The notes beneath the pieces were generated by a model that saw only the letters and a program-made list of their open reading frames with translations, was not told where the DNA came from and did no database searches. A DNA stretch of 63,967 bases from Macrostomum lignano. Its lineage: Eukaryota. Shown here piece by piece: positions 28,328 through 41,298 of this stretch. Made by a program: the position numbers and the translations under genes. The stretch lies in assembly GCA_002269645.1 (NCBI GenBank), contig NIVC01004024.1:1-63967 (forward strand). The letters are read 5' to 3'. Within the stretch, counting starts at the first letter, position 1, and each line of letters starts with the position of its first letter.

Positions 28328-29039
28328 GATTTATGACAGACTATAAAGTGGCTTGGGCTTGAACACACACTAACACTTTTTTAATCTTTTACTACATAGT
28401 GATACACTACTTGCTTCTTTGCATCTATTTTTCATCATTTGAGAGTGCATCGGCCCAGCAGTGCAATTCTGCGCACAGTTTCTCCGCTGGTAACTGGGCA
28501 AGACAGCAAGAGCGAGGGCTAACGCAATTCCCTCGCTGAATTACTCATTGGTTAAAAGTAGAAATGTACGGCCCAGCTTTGCAAAATTTCACAATCAAGC
28601 GTCACACGGTTTTTATTCATTTGCAGCAGGGGGGGGGTTCATAAATGAATACCCAAGCTTTAGTAATTAACACTTTACCAAGTTACTATGCAAAACAATT
28701 TGATTAATTAAGAGCTAGATTTGAGACTAAATAAGCTTAGCTTTTGGAAACCTGTTCAACAGTATTAATCTTTAATTCTTGATTAAACAAGCTGATGAAC
28801 TACGGTAGGATTTATAGGGCCACCCTTTATTTTGTACTGGAAATGTCCGCCGCCCCAGCTCTGAGAACTGAATAGGACTGGAAGGGGTGTACAGACAAGG
28901 GGGCTGGGGCAGGAATCCACCGCCACACCCACCCACTCTGCACTGTACAAGTACACTGTACACTTTACTAATAAAGGCTAAGTACACGCAGACCACCCAA
29001 CCCGCCGGACCTATCTAAAGAATTTTCACGGTGCGCTGC

Positions 29040-29587
29040 AATCTCCTCTGCTTAAAACCGGCCTCGGCTCTCTCCGCCTTCTCGCTCTTCGCTCTGCTGT
29101 CCCATCAGGCTCAAAGTTTTTCCCGTGGTGAGTTTTTCTAACATTTTTATTTCCTGTTGCCAGTTCTGTTTGCCAAGTGTGTGCGAAGGTTTTTACACAT
29201 CACAATCCCCCAGTCCTTCCTTCAGGGTCCGCAGCTACTAACTCCCAGTCCTTCAGGGTCCGCAGCTACTAACTCCCAGTCCTTCAGGGTCCGCAGCTAC
29301 TAACCCCAGTCCTTCAGGGTCCGCAGCTACTAACCCCCAGTCCTTCAGGGTCCGCAGCTACTAACTCCCAGTCCTTCAGGGTCCGCAGCTACTAACCCCC
29401 AGTCCTTCAGGGTCCGCAGCTACTAACTCCCAGTCCTTCAGGGTCCGCAGCTACTAACTCCCAGTCCTTCAGGGTCCGCAGCTACTAACTCCCAGTCCTT
29501 CAGGGTCCGCAGCTACTAACCCCCCAATCCCTCAGGGTCCGCAGAACTCAATTCGCTGACTTTAACGCATTTAATTCGTATCTTTAG
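29040..29587 (+). other. Probable non-coding first exon (ending 29127) and 5'-UTR intron (29128-29587) of MVP; the intron holds a 31-bp minisatellite at ~29215-29545
   Basis: Donor GTG|GTGAGT at 29128, branch-like GCTGAC near 29556, acceptor TCTTTAG at 29587, ATG at 29616. The transcription start is not defined. Confidence 0.6.
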
Positions 29588-29615
29588 CTCAAAGGTTCTC
29601 AGCAGCCGCAGCGTC

Positions 29616-32600
29616 ATGAGCAAGAAGCCCGGAGACGACACCAGCGTGGTCAGAATCCCGCCATTCTTCTACCTGCACGTGCTCGACCAGAACTCGAATG
29701 TCACCCGCATCGAGACCGGGCCGCGCACCTTCGTAAGGCAGGACAATGAGCGGGTCATCCTTGGGCCGGAGCGCATGGTGACTGTGCCGCCCAGACACTA
29801 TTGCGTCATCGAGAATCCGGTAGTCAAGGCCGAAGATGGCAGCGTGAGCAAATCTGCTTCAAGCTCATTTTTGCTTGCTTTTGGACCACGCATTATTCTA
29901 TACTAGATTCTGATTGGTTGAATGCCTGAACAAACATTCAAAGCCAAAATCTTAGTTTTTATTTGCCTGTCTGGTCCAGAAAAATCATCAAACAAAAAGC
30001 GTTTTAACTTGTAGTTGTTATCCATTGCCATTGCTTTGTTAACTCTGTCTGTCTCTCACTTCACTCACTTCTTCTCCTTTGTCGATTCTCATTGGCTGGC
30101 GAGCCTCCTCGATTCTGATTGGCTGACGCAAAACGCTCTCTCTCCAACTCGATACGTAGGTCGTCTACGACACGTTTGGCCAAGCCAAGCTGGCCCACGC
30201 CGACCAGGAGATCCGCCTGGCCCAGGAACCGTTCCCGCTCTACCCAGGTGAGTCGCTCAAGGTCGGAGTCTCACCTCTGCGGATCGTACCGCTCAACTCG
30301 GCGCTGCGCCTGAAGGCCCAGCTGGACTTCACCGACGACGGCGGCGTGGAGCGGATCGCCGGAGACGAGTGGCTGTTCGAGGGACCCGGGGCGTACATCC
30401 CGCGCAAGGAGGTCTCCGTCGAGGAGGTCGTCCGCGCCACCGTCATCAGGCCAAATCAGGCGCTGCGTCTACGTGCCAGGAAGGAGTGCAAGGACAGGGA
30501 TGGCAAGCCCAGGTGAGGCGTCAGGAAGGAGTGCAAGGACAGGGATGGCAAGCCCAGGTGAGGCGTCAGGAAGGAGTGCAAGGACAGGGATGGCAAGCCC
30601 AGGTGAGGCGTCAGGAAGGAGTGCAAGGACAGGGATGGCAAGCCCCAGGCGAGGCGTCTATCGATCTAAAGCATCCAATGGCTTCACTGGCTATATTCAC
30701 CGAAATTCCCCCAACCGAATGGCAGGGTGTGCGGTGAGGAGTGGATTGTGAAGGTGACCGGCGCCTACCTGCCGGGCGCCTACGAGGAGGTGGTGGCCAC
30801 CGTCGACGCCCTGGTTCTCACCGAGAAGAAGGCGCTGCACATGCGCGCCCTGCGCACCTTTGTGGACGGTTTTGGCAAGACGAGAAAATCCGGCGAGGAG
30901 TGGCTGATCACACTGGCCGACACGGAGTCGCATATTCCAGGTGAGCTGCGGCTCTGAGACCGGCTTTGAGCGATCACTGATGCTTTATTAGAGTTCGAGG
31001 CTTCTGCTGAGGAGGTGAAACTCTGGGTTCACGATTGTGATGTTGATATTTAACGACTTTTAATTGTGAAAATTTTAAATTGTGAATTTAATTGTGAATC
31101 TGGGATTTGGAATCTGGGATTGGGAATCTGGGATTAGGAAACTGGGATTTGGAATCTGGGATTGGGAATCTGGGATTGGGAATCTGGGATCGGGAATATG
31201 GGATCGGGAATCTGGGATCGGAAATCTGGGATCGGGAATCTGGGATTGAGAATCTGGGATTGGGAATCTGGGATCGAGAATCTGGGATTGGGAATCTGGG
31301 ATTGGGAATCTGGGATTGAGAATCTGGGATTGAGAATCTGGGATTGGGAATCTGGAATCGGGAAACTGGGATTGGGAATCTGGGATTGGGAATCTGGGAT
31401 TGGGAATCTGGGATTGGGAATCTGGGATTAGGAATCTGGGATCGGGAATCTGGGATTTGGAATCTGGGATTGGGAATCTGGGATCGGGAATCTGGGATTG
31501 GGAATCTGGGATTGAGAATCTGGGATTGAGAATCTGGGATTGGGAATCTGGAATCGGGAAACTGGGATTGGGAATCTGGGATTGGGAATCTGGGATTGGG
31601 AATCTGGGATTGGGAATCTGGGATTAGGAATCTGGGATCGGGAATCTGGGATTTGGAATCTGGGATTGGGAATCTGGGATCGGGAATCTGGGATTGGGAA
31701 TCTGGGATCGGGAATCTGGGATTTGGAATCTGGGAAAGGGAATCTGGTGTTAGCTATTTATATGCTAATATGATGACTCACAGGCGTGCACGAGGAGGTG
31801 GTCGGCGTCATCGGCATCACCACGCTGAGCAACCGGCAGTACTGCATTATCTGCGACCCCTGCGGCGCGGACGGCAAGCCGCAGCTGGGCAAGAAGAAGC
31901 TCGTGCACGGCGAGCGCTCCTTCTTCCTGCAGCCGGGCGAGAGCCTGGAGCGCGGCATCATGAATGTCTACGTGCTGAGCGAGAACGAAGGCCTGATCCT
32001 CCGCGCCCAGGAGGAGTTCAAGGAGGCCGCCGACCGGGTGCGCAAACCCGGCGACCGCTGGATGATCCGCGGCCCGGCCGAGTACGTGCCGCCCGTGGAG
32101 GTGGAGGTCGTCTGCAAGCGGACCGCCATCCCGCTGGACGTTAACGAGGGCATCTACGTGCGGGATATCAAGACTGGGCAGGTGAGCCTGTTTAATGCTT
32201 TATTGCGCATTTACTAATACTGCCATAGGAGGGTGACCGGGAGGGTGACCGGGAGGGTGACCGGGAGGGTGACCGGGAGGGTGACCGGGAGGGTGACCGG
32301 GAGGGTGACCGGGAGGGTGACCGGGAGGGTGACCGGGAGGGTGACCGGGAGGGTGACCGGGAGGGTGACCGGGAGGGTGACCGGGAGGGTGACCGGGAGG
32401 GTGACCGGGAGGGTGACCGGGAGGGTGACCGGGAGGGTGACCGGGAGGGTGACCGGGAGGGTGACCGGGAGGATGACCGGGAGGGTGACCGGGAGGGTGA
32501 CCGGGAGGATGACCGGGAGGGTGACCGGGAGGATGACCGGGAGGGTGACCGGGAGGATGACCGGGAGGGTGACCGGGAGGTAACCTGGTAATTGGCAGGG

Positions 32601-35258
32601 AAACACAGCAGCTGGGATCAGGAGACTGATGTCATGAGGAAGAGCAGCAGGCAGCTTCGGAACCCATAGCACTCGCCCTCGCCCTCGCCCACAGGTCCGC
32701 TGCGTCTCAGGCAAGACCTACATGCTGAGCCCGGACGAGGAGCTGTGGGAGAAGCAGCTGCCGCCGGCCGTGGAGGCGCTGCTGGTGAAGCAGAAGGACC
32801 CGGTGCCCGACCGCTTCGAGCGGAGCAAAGCGGCGGAGGCGCCCGAGTCGAAGCCACGCGACCGCACCCGCACCGTCAGCCTGCGCGTGCCGCACAACGC
32901 CGCAGTGCAGATCTACGACTACAAGGCCAAGGTGGCCCGCGTGGTGTTCGGGCCCGAGCTGGTCATGCTCAACCCCGATGAGCAGTTCACGCAGCTCTCC
33001 CTGTCCGGCGGCAAGCCCAAGAAGCCAAACACCATAAAGTCGCTGACTTTGCTGCTCGGCCCCGACTTCTCCACCGACATCATCACGCTGGAGACCTCCG
33101 ACCACGCCAGGCTGCAGATCCAGCTGTCATACAACTGGTACTTCGACACCAGCAAGTGCCTTGAGGATGCCAAGGAGGCCGCCAAGCTGTTCTCTGTGCC
33201 CGACTTTGTCGGCGACATGTGCAAAGCCGTGGCCAGCCGCGTCCGCGGCGCCGTTGCTGCGGTCGGCTTCGACGACTTCCACCGGCACTCAGCCAGGATC
33301 CTCCGCGGAGCGCTGTTCGGCTTCAACGAGGCGGTGAGCGCCGATGCTGGCTCGAATACTGACTCTCCATCAGCTCGTCACTGACCCATCAGCTCAGCCT
33401 ACTCATAATTTATGGCTTGATTCTGACTCATTGATTTATCATCAAATCAAATCATCAAATCAATCAAAATATTTACAAATAAAAGCACTGACTCATTTAC
33501 CCACTGACCCACTGACCCACTGACTCACACTGACTCACACTGACCCACACTGACCCACACTGACCCACACTAACCCACACTAACCCACTGACCCCACTGG
33601 ACCCACTGACCCACACTGGACCCATTGACCCACCGACCGACACTGACTCATTGACAATTGATTCATTGACACACTGACCCATTGACCCACACCGACCCAC
33701 CGACTCAATCTGAGCAGGGCAAGATCCGGGACGAGTTCCGCATGCCGCAGAACAACCTGGTCATCACCTCGGTGGACATCCAGAACGTGGAGCCAGTGGA
33801 GCAGCGCACGCGGGATGCACTGCAGAAGTCCGTGCAGCTGGCCATCGAGATCACCACCAACTCGCAGGAGGCCACGGCCAGGCAGGAGGCCGAGCGGCTG
33901 GAGCAGGAGGCCCGCGGCAAGCTGGAGCGCCAGAAGATCTCCGATGAGGCGGAGGCTGAGAGGGCCAGGCGGGAGCTGCTGGAGCTACAGGTGAGGGGAA
34001 CAGGCTGAATGAGGAGGGGAAGGGAGGGAAGCAGGCTGAATGAGGAGGGGAAGGGAGGGAAGCAGGCTGAATGAGGAGGGGAAGGGAGGGAAGCAGGTTG
34101 AATGAGCAGAGCATGGCCCCACCATCCCGCAGGCGCACTCGGCAGCGGTGGAGAGCTCTGGCCAGGCGAAGGCGGAGGCGCAGTCGCGGGCGGAGGCGGC
34201 CCGCATTGAGGGCCAGGCGGCTGTGGAGCAGGCGCGGTTCCGGGCCGAGGCGCTGGGCATCGAGTCCTCGGCCGAGCTGGAGCGGGTGAAGCTGGCCAGG
34301 GAGGCCGAGCTGGCCTACCAGCGCGAGCAGAACCAGCTGGACGTCAGCCGGCAGAAGGAGCTGTCCGGCATTGAGGTGGAGAAGTTCCGCCGATTCGTTG
34401 ACGCGATCGGAGCCGACACGATCCGGGCCATCGCCAGCGCGGGGCCGGAGATGCAGGTTAGTGAATTGTGTTTGCGCACATTGCTACTCACGGCAGTAGG
34501 CTGATTGAGACTTTTTGCTAAGAACTTTGGACCTTGCTAGCTTACAAAGTATATTGGCTGTGATGCATTGGCTAGCTATTTAAGCGAAGTGGCGCCAACT
34601 CTGAACAGTAGTCAAAAGTAATCAACTTTGAAGTTACACAGCGCCATCCCTGAAGTCACACAGCGCCATCCCTAAAGTCACACAGCGCCACCTCTGAAGT
34701 CACGCAGCGCCACCTCTGAAGTCACACAGCGCCAACCCTGAAGTCACACAGCGCCATCCCTGAAGTCACACAGCGCCACCTCTGAAGTCACACAGCGCCA
34801 TCCCTGAAGTCACACAGCGCCATCCCTGAAGTCACACAGCGCCACCTCTGAAGTCACACAGCGCCATCCCTGAAGTCACACAGCGCCAACCCTGAAGTCA
34901 CACAGCGCCATCTCTGAAGTCACACAGCGCCACCTCTGAAGTCACACAGCGCCAACCCTGAAGTCACACAGCGCCATCCCTGAAGTCACACAGCGCCATC
35001 CCTGAAGTCACACAGCGCCATCCCTGAAGTCACACAGCGCCATCCCTGAAGTCACACAGCGCCATCCCTGAAGTCACACAGCGCTAACCTGTCACACGCG
35101 CACTGCAGGTGAAGATGCTGCAAAGCCTGGGTCTGAAGTCCACTCTCATCACGGACGGCAACTCGCCCATCAACCTGTTCAGCACCGCCCACGGCCTGAT
35201 CGGCGCCGACTTCCTGCGCGGCGGCAGCCGGCCAGCGAGGTCCGAGGAGGCTGACTGA
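29616..35258 (+). CDS. MVP: Major vault protein, 8 exons, 859 aa
   Basis: Exons: 29616-29843, 30160-30512, 30726-30940, 31784-32181, 32695-33333, 33718-33990, 34133-34456, 35109-35258; 2580 nt in total, all phases consistent. Motifs: [39 protein letters not shown], shoulder [16 protein letters not shown], cap helix [23 protein letters not shown]-terminal [15 protein letters not shown]. Confidence 0.97.
30478..30658 (+). repeat. 45-bp tandem duplication (x4) of the MVP exon 2/intron 2 junction
   Basis: Unit AGGAAGGAGTGCAAGGACAGGGATGGCAAGCCCAG|GTGAGGCGTC; the fourth copy has GT>GC and an extra C. Confidence 0.95.
31097..31745. repeat. 14-bp intronic minisatellite (GGGAATCTGGGATT)
   Basis: About 45 units in MVP intron 3. 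Confidence 0.96.
32229..32580. repeat. 12-bp intronic minisatellite (GGGAGGGTGACC)
   Basis: About 29 units in MVP intron 4. Confidence 0.97.
33488..33702. repeat. ~10-bp degenerate repeat (ACTGACCCAC)
   Basis: MVP intron 5. Confidence 0.85.
34002..34105. repeat. 31-bp purine-rich repeat, ~3.5 copies
   Basis: GCAGGCTGAATGAGGAGGGGAAGGGAGGGAA in MVP intron 6. Confidence 0.85.
34631..35085. repeat. 22-bp intronic minisatellite (CTGAAGTCACACAGCGCCATCC)
   Basis: About 20 units in MVP intron 7. Confidence 0.95.
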
Positions 35259-36879
35259 GGCAGCAGGCTGTTGCCGCCACGTTGAGAAGTCACTTTGTCT
35301 TATTGTATCCAGTGATCAGCATGACAAGTTTTCTGTTTTTCGTCTGGCTGATCTCTCTTAGATATTCAAAGATTTGTACTTTAGTTTTTCTGAACAATTA
35401 TTCAGCTCGTAGACCAGGAGTTCAAGCCAAGTTTTCTGATCCAAGGACGTCTGTACTGTATAAGTTATCTGGACTAGTTTAGACACCAATTTAGACTCGC
35501 TAAACTATGTAGGTCAATATAGTACAGTGCTAACTTTCACTTTATTTCTATAATAGTCGTATATTTACGCGTAATTAGCGAACAATGTTGGCATGCGAGT
35601 TAAAATTTTTATATTATGGAAAGCGCCTTTTTTAGTCCTATTCAAAACATTTTTCCTTCTATTAAAGCAGTTTGTTTTGTTATTCCGTTGCAACATATTT
35701 TGGAGTCTTTTCAATTTTAATCGTCTAGTGCGTTCCGATCTGTTTCTTTTGTTTTTTTTGCATCGTTTTTAATCAACTACCTTACTATTACTAGCAAGAA
35801 TAACTGTAATAATCATATAGAAAAATGTCTCGAAGTACTAAAGAATGAGGCGGAGATTTACATTTTAGGGCATGTCAGGCCCTGCCGCCCTGGATTTGAA
35901 GGCCAAAGGGCTTCGTCACCTTCGAACATTCTAGTATCAGACCTGTCATCTATAGAAAATAGCACTGACAGGGCGTTGCTCTCCATCAAAGCCTTCACTT
36001 GAACATAGGTTGTATTGAAAGCTTCTGCAAAGATTTTAACAAATTTGTTTATTTGTGTTTGATGTTTAAATTCACCGGCACTGCTATGGCGAAAAATAAT
36101 TTTTATATCTTATCTTGGACTCTAGTTTTTAACCCTGGTAGAATAAGAAGCGAAGGTGACTCGGGTGATGAAGATGCTATAAAAACCTTAAATTTGTCAC
36201 AGACTCGCGAAGAATTCTGTTTGTTAAGATGGCAGAAGCAGAAGTTGCAGAACAGGGTATGCCAACTGCCAACAGCTGTTCATTTTTGGATGAAAACTCA
36301 CTAGGAGAGAAAAACTAAACAAGCCACGAGGGTGTGGCCTGGAACCAGCTTGGTCAACCGCTCTAACTGACCTTGGAATGTACGCAGAAGCTAAGCGCAC
36401 ATTGATTGCAAAGTACAGCTGCACCCAAGAGCTCGTCCTGGCCAAAGTAGTTTGATAATCTGACGCTGTGCATCTTTTCGCTGTTCTACTCCATCTAAGA
36501 GGAGTCGAGTGTACATTATCGCCCCCCGCCGGGCTCAGTTAATTTAATGTACGCTCGTACACCGCCCTTAGCAGAACCACTCCGCTATTCTCTAGATTGC
36601 CGCACACCCACCACCCCAATCCTCACTTCCAGAAAATCAGTTGGTCTAGCGGTATGCACTTGTCAATAAACCCCACCCCTCAGTCTCGGATGCGAACAAA
36701 ACACCCCCCCCCGCTGACTGATGATCAACCCCCCCCGTTCCGGTCAGAGTAAAAGCGTGTGCAGACGACTAATACGGGTACCTTTCGCGCTACCCGCGGT
36801 CTTATCTAAAAACACGGAGGTTAAAGTTCAATCGTGTACTTTACTTACAAATCCACCAACTAAAAGCCAGCCAGTTGCG

Positions 36880-39800
36880 ATGGAGCCCGAGCAGCAGCAG
36901 CAGCAGCAGGAAGCCGACGATGAACCGCAGCAGCAGTTTAGCTCCGCAATCTTGGATAATTACACGGTGACGCCCGGGCCGGGGGCCGAGATCCAGTCCT
37001 ACACTACATTTCAGCAGCCCATGGTTCCGATCCCAGAGGCCGCCGAGGCTGCGGGCGGCGGCAGCGCTGGGGGCCAGAGCGACTCCGCTGCTGCTGGCGG
37101 CTCAGATCGCGGCCGGACAGGCAGTGTGCAGTCCGGCGCCTGCAAGGCTGCCGTGCCGCTCAGCGAGCTCCTGGTGCCCAACGACGACGACCCGGACCTC
37201 TACGACCCGAACTGCGACCCGGACAAGCCGCAGATCGTTCGCTTCCAGGATGTCAGCGCGGCCGCTTTTAAAATTCGCAGCGGCATCGTGCGCACACCCT
37301 GCGATGTAAGCTGGAAGTTTTGCAGCTCTATTCTTGATTTACATGTAACTATTGCATGTGTGCGCACAGTGGCGTGTGGCTCAGTGGTAAACAAGTCTGA
37401 CTCTCGTGCCATGGCCCCTGGTTCGATTCAGCGTGCGGCACATTAATTTGAAACTGATTTATGCACGGAGTCAGTGGAATGGGCAGAATTGACTCAGCGC
37501 TGGTGAGATGATCTCGTCTAAAGCGTTGCTTCAGATTCCCGACAGCCCTTCCTTTGAATATTTTTATATTACCGATAGCAAGAATTCATAAGTCATTCTA
37601 AAAGTTCAGCTCTTTTTATTAGTATTTTACTTAGAAATTTGAGAACTACTAAAAAAAGTTTTTTCACTATTTTTTTTGACAAACAATTTGATTCCGCAGA
37701 GATCGCACATGTCCAGGATAACCAACATGGAGATTTTCTTTAAGAAGGAATTTCTGCAGTACACCGGCAGCTTCAAAGAGCGCGGGGCTCGCTACGTGTT
37801 GCTGAGCTTGTCTAAAGTGAGGCGCGTAGAGTTTTTTCATGGACATTAAATTCCGCTCCCTACTTACCTTTTATGCCACTGTCAGTAGAGTTATTAGAGC
37901 ATGAGAAGCATTTTATCGATTGCAGCGATGCTGGAAGCCTACTTTAAGGAGTCTTAAATTAAAGGAATTTTAAGGAATTTGTATCATCTAATTCTTGTCC
38001 TTGTCCTGTCCTGTCTTCTACTGTCCTGTCCTGTCTTCTACTGTCCTGTCCTGTCCTCTACTGTCTTCTACTGTCATGTCCTGTCCTGCCATTTCTGCCC
38101 TGCCCTGTTCTGTTCTGTCCTGTCCTCTCCTGTCCTGTCCTGTCCTGTCCTGTCCTGTCCTGTCCTGTCCTGTCCTGTCCTGTCCTGTCCTGTCCTGTCC
38201 TGTCCTGCCATTTCTTCCCTGTCCTGTTCTGTCTGTCTTATCCAGTCCAGTCCCGTCCCGTCTGTCTATTTTCTCCTTGACCTCCTCAGCGCAGTCCCCT
38301 GACCGCGTCGACCTCCCCGCCCACAGGAGCAGAAGCAGCGCGGCGTGGTGGCGGCCTCCGCTGGCAACCACGCGCTGGCCTTGGCCTACCACGGCCAGGA
38401 GCTGGGCATCCCTATCGTGGTTGTCATGCCAACCATCGCGCCCCTGATGAAGATCAACGCCTGCGTGCAGTGTGGCGCCCGCGTCATCGTGATGGGCAGC
38501 CACATCGGCGAGTCCAAGAACGTGGCGCTCAAGATCGCCAAGTCGGAGGGCCTGCTTTACGTTAACGGGTAAGCGGAAGGCCGTTGCTTATTATCTGCGC
38601 ACCCCATCTACTGCTCACCTCGTACTCAGCTGATCGCCTCAACTACTGCTGAGCACCCGCCCACCCCTGCCGCAGCTACGACCACCCGCAGATCCTCGCC
38701 GGCCAGGGCACCGTCGGCCTGGAGATCCTTGAGCAGATCGGCAAGCCCGTTGATGCCATCGTTTTGCCTGTTGGCGGCGGCGGACTCATTGCTGGTGTAG
38801 CCGTCGGGGTCAAGACGATGTCGCCTGACACGCTGATTATTGTGAGAGGGGGCACATGGGTCTGAATCTGCTACATGTAATTCCATTCTTTCCCAAGACA
38901 CCTGACCCCAGGACACAGCTGACTCCAAGACACCTGACCCCAAGACACCTGACCCCAAAACACCTGACCCCAAGACACCTGACCCCAAGACACCTGACCC
39001 CAGGACACAGCTGACTCCAAGACACCTGACCCCAAGACACCTGACCCCAAAACACCTGACCCCAAGACACCTGACCCCAGGACACAGCTGACTCCAAGAC
39101 ACCTGACCCCAAGACACCTGACCCCAAAACACCTGACCCCAAGACACCTGACCCCAGGACACAGCTGACCCCAAGACACCTGACCCCAAAACACCTGACC
39201 CCAGGACACAGCTGACCCCAAGACACCTGACCCCAGGACACAGCTGACCCCAAGACACCTGACCCCAGGACACAACTGACCCCAAGACAGCTGACCCCAG
39301 GAGACAGCTGACCCCAGGAGACAGCTGACCCCAAGACACCTGACCCCAGGACACAGCTGACCCCAAGACAGCTGACCCCAAGACACCTGACCCCAGGACA
39401 CAGCTGACCCCAAGACACCTGACCCCAGGACACAACTGACCCCAAGACAGCTGACCCCAGGAGACAGCTGACCCCAGGAGACAGCTGACCCCAAGACACC
39501 TGACCCCAGGAGACAGCTGACCCCAGGAGACAGCTGACCCCAGGAGACAGCTGACCCCAAGACACCTGACCCCAGGAGACAGCTGACCCCAGGAGACAGC
39601 TGACCCCAAGACACCTGACCCCAGGAGACAGCTGACCCCAGGAGACAGCTGACCCCAGGAGACAGCTGACCCCAAGACACCTGACCCCAGGACACAGCTG
39701 ACCCCAAGACAGCTGACCCCAAGACACCTGACCCCAGGACACACCTGACCCCAGGACACAACTGACCCCAAGACAGCTGACCCCAGGAGACAGCTGACCC

Positions 39801-40621
39801 CAGGAGACAGCTGACCCCAAGACACCTGACCCCAGGACACAGCTGACCCCAAGACACCTGACCCCAGGACACAACTGACCCCAAGACAGCTGACCCCAGG
39901 AGACAGCTGACCCCAGGAGACAGCTGACCCCAAGACACCTGACCCCAGGACACAGCTGACCCCAAGACACCTGACCCCAGGACACAGCTGACCCCAAGAC
40001 ACCTGACCCCAGGACACAGCTGACCCCAAGACACCTGACCCCAGGACACAGCTGACCCCAAGACACCTGACCCCGGTTTCCGTCCTCCAGGGCGCCGAGC
40101 CGGAGCGCAGCGCGAGCTTCAGCGCGGCAATGCAGGCGGGTCATCCGGTGAGGGTGGCGCTGAAGTCATCGCTGGCCGACGGCCTGGCGGTGCCCCTGGC
40201 GGGCGCCAACGCCTTCTACTCCTGCAAGGACCTGGTGGACCGCATGGTCACCGTCTCCGAGGAGTTCATTGCTCTGTCCATCCTGCGGCTCATCGAGCTT
40301 GAGAAGACGGTGGTGGAGGGCGCTGGAGCCGCCGCGCTTGCCGCGCTGCTGCAGGGCTGCCTGCCAGAGCTGCAGGGCAAAACGTGAGCGACTTTCAGTC
40401 ACCTTCCCGCCTTTCACGCTTTGTGTGTCATCGCCATTGCCTCCCACTCTCCCCTCTCAAATCCACTCTCTCCCTCTCACCTCCACCCTCTCCCTTTCAC
40501 ATCTCTGATCTCCATCTCACATCCACTCTCTACCTCTCACCTTCACTCTCCCCCTCTGAAATCCACTCTCTCACTCTCACCTCCACTCCCTCCCTCTCAC
40601 CTCCACTCTCTCCCTCTCACC

Positions 40622-40662
<41 letters not shown>

Positions 40663-40687
40663 TCACCTCCACTCTCTCCCTCTCACC

Positions 40688-40724
<37 letters not shown>

Positions 40725-40749
40725 TCACCTCCACTCTCTCCCTCTCACC

Positions 40750-40786
<37 letters not shown>

Positions 40787-40811
40787 TCACCTCCACTCTC
40801 TCCCTCTCACC

Positions 40812-40854
<43 letters not shown>

Positions 40855-41173
40855 CTCCACTCTCTCCCTCTCACCTCCACTCTCTCTCTCTCTCTCTCTC
40901 TCCCTCTCACCTCCACTCTCTCCCTCACACCTCCACTCTCTCCCTCTCACCTCCACTCTCTCCCTCTCACCTCCACCCTCTCCCTTTCACATCTCTGATC
41001 TCCCTCTCACATCCACTCTCTCCCTCTAACCTCCACCCTATCCCTTTCACATCTCTGATATCCCTCTCACATCCACTCTCTACCTCTCACCTTCACTCTC
41101 CCCCTCTGAAATCCACTCTCTCACTCTCACCTCCACTCCCTCCCTCTCACCTCCACTCTCTCCCTCTCACCTC

Positions 41174-41208
<35 letters not shown>

Positions 41209-41257
41209 CCTCTCACCTCCACTCTCTCCCTCACACCTCCACTCTCTCCCTCTCACC

Positions 41258-41298
<41 letters not shown>

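Noticed and set aside
35910-36165. Short inverted repeat GTCACCTTCG..TTCTA / TAGAA..CGAAGGTGAC between MVP and the dehydratase
   Set aside because: Short and gapped, with no TSD; insufficient to call a MITE.
37356-37443. Possible vault RNA or true tRNA (A box, B box and an 11-bp terminal stem, 2 kb downstream of MVP)
   Set aside because: There is no T4 terminator and the cloverleaf stems are broken. The downstream sequence aligns with the dispersed SINE body, so it is better explained as a SINE head.
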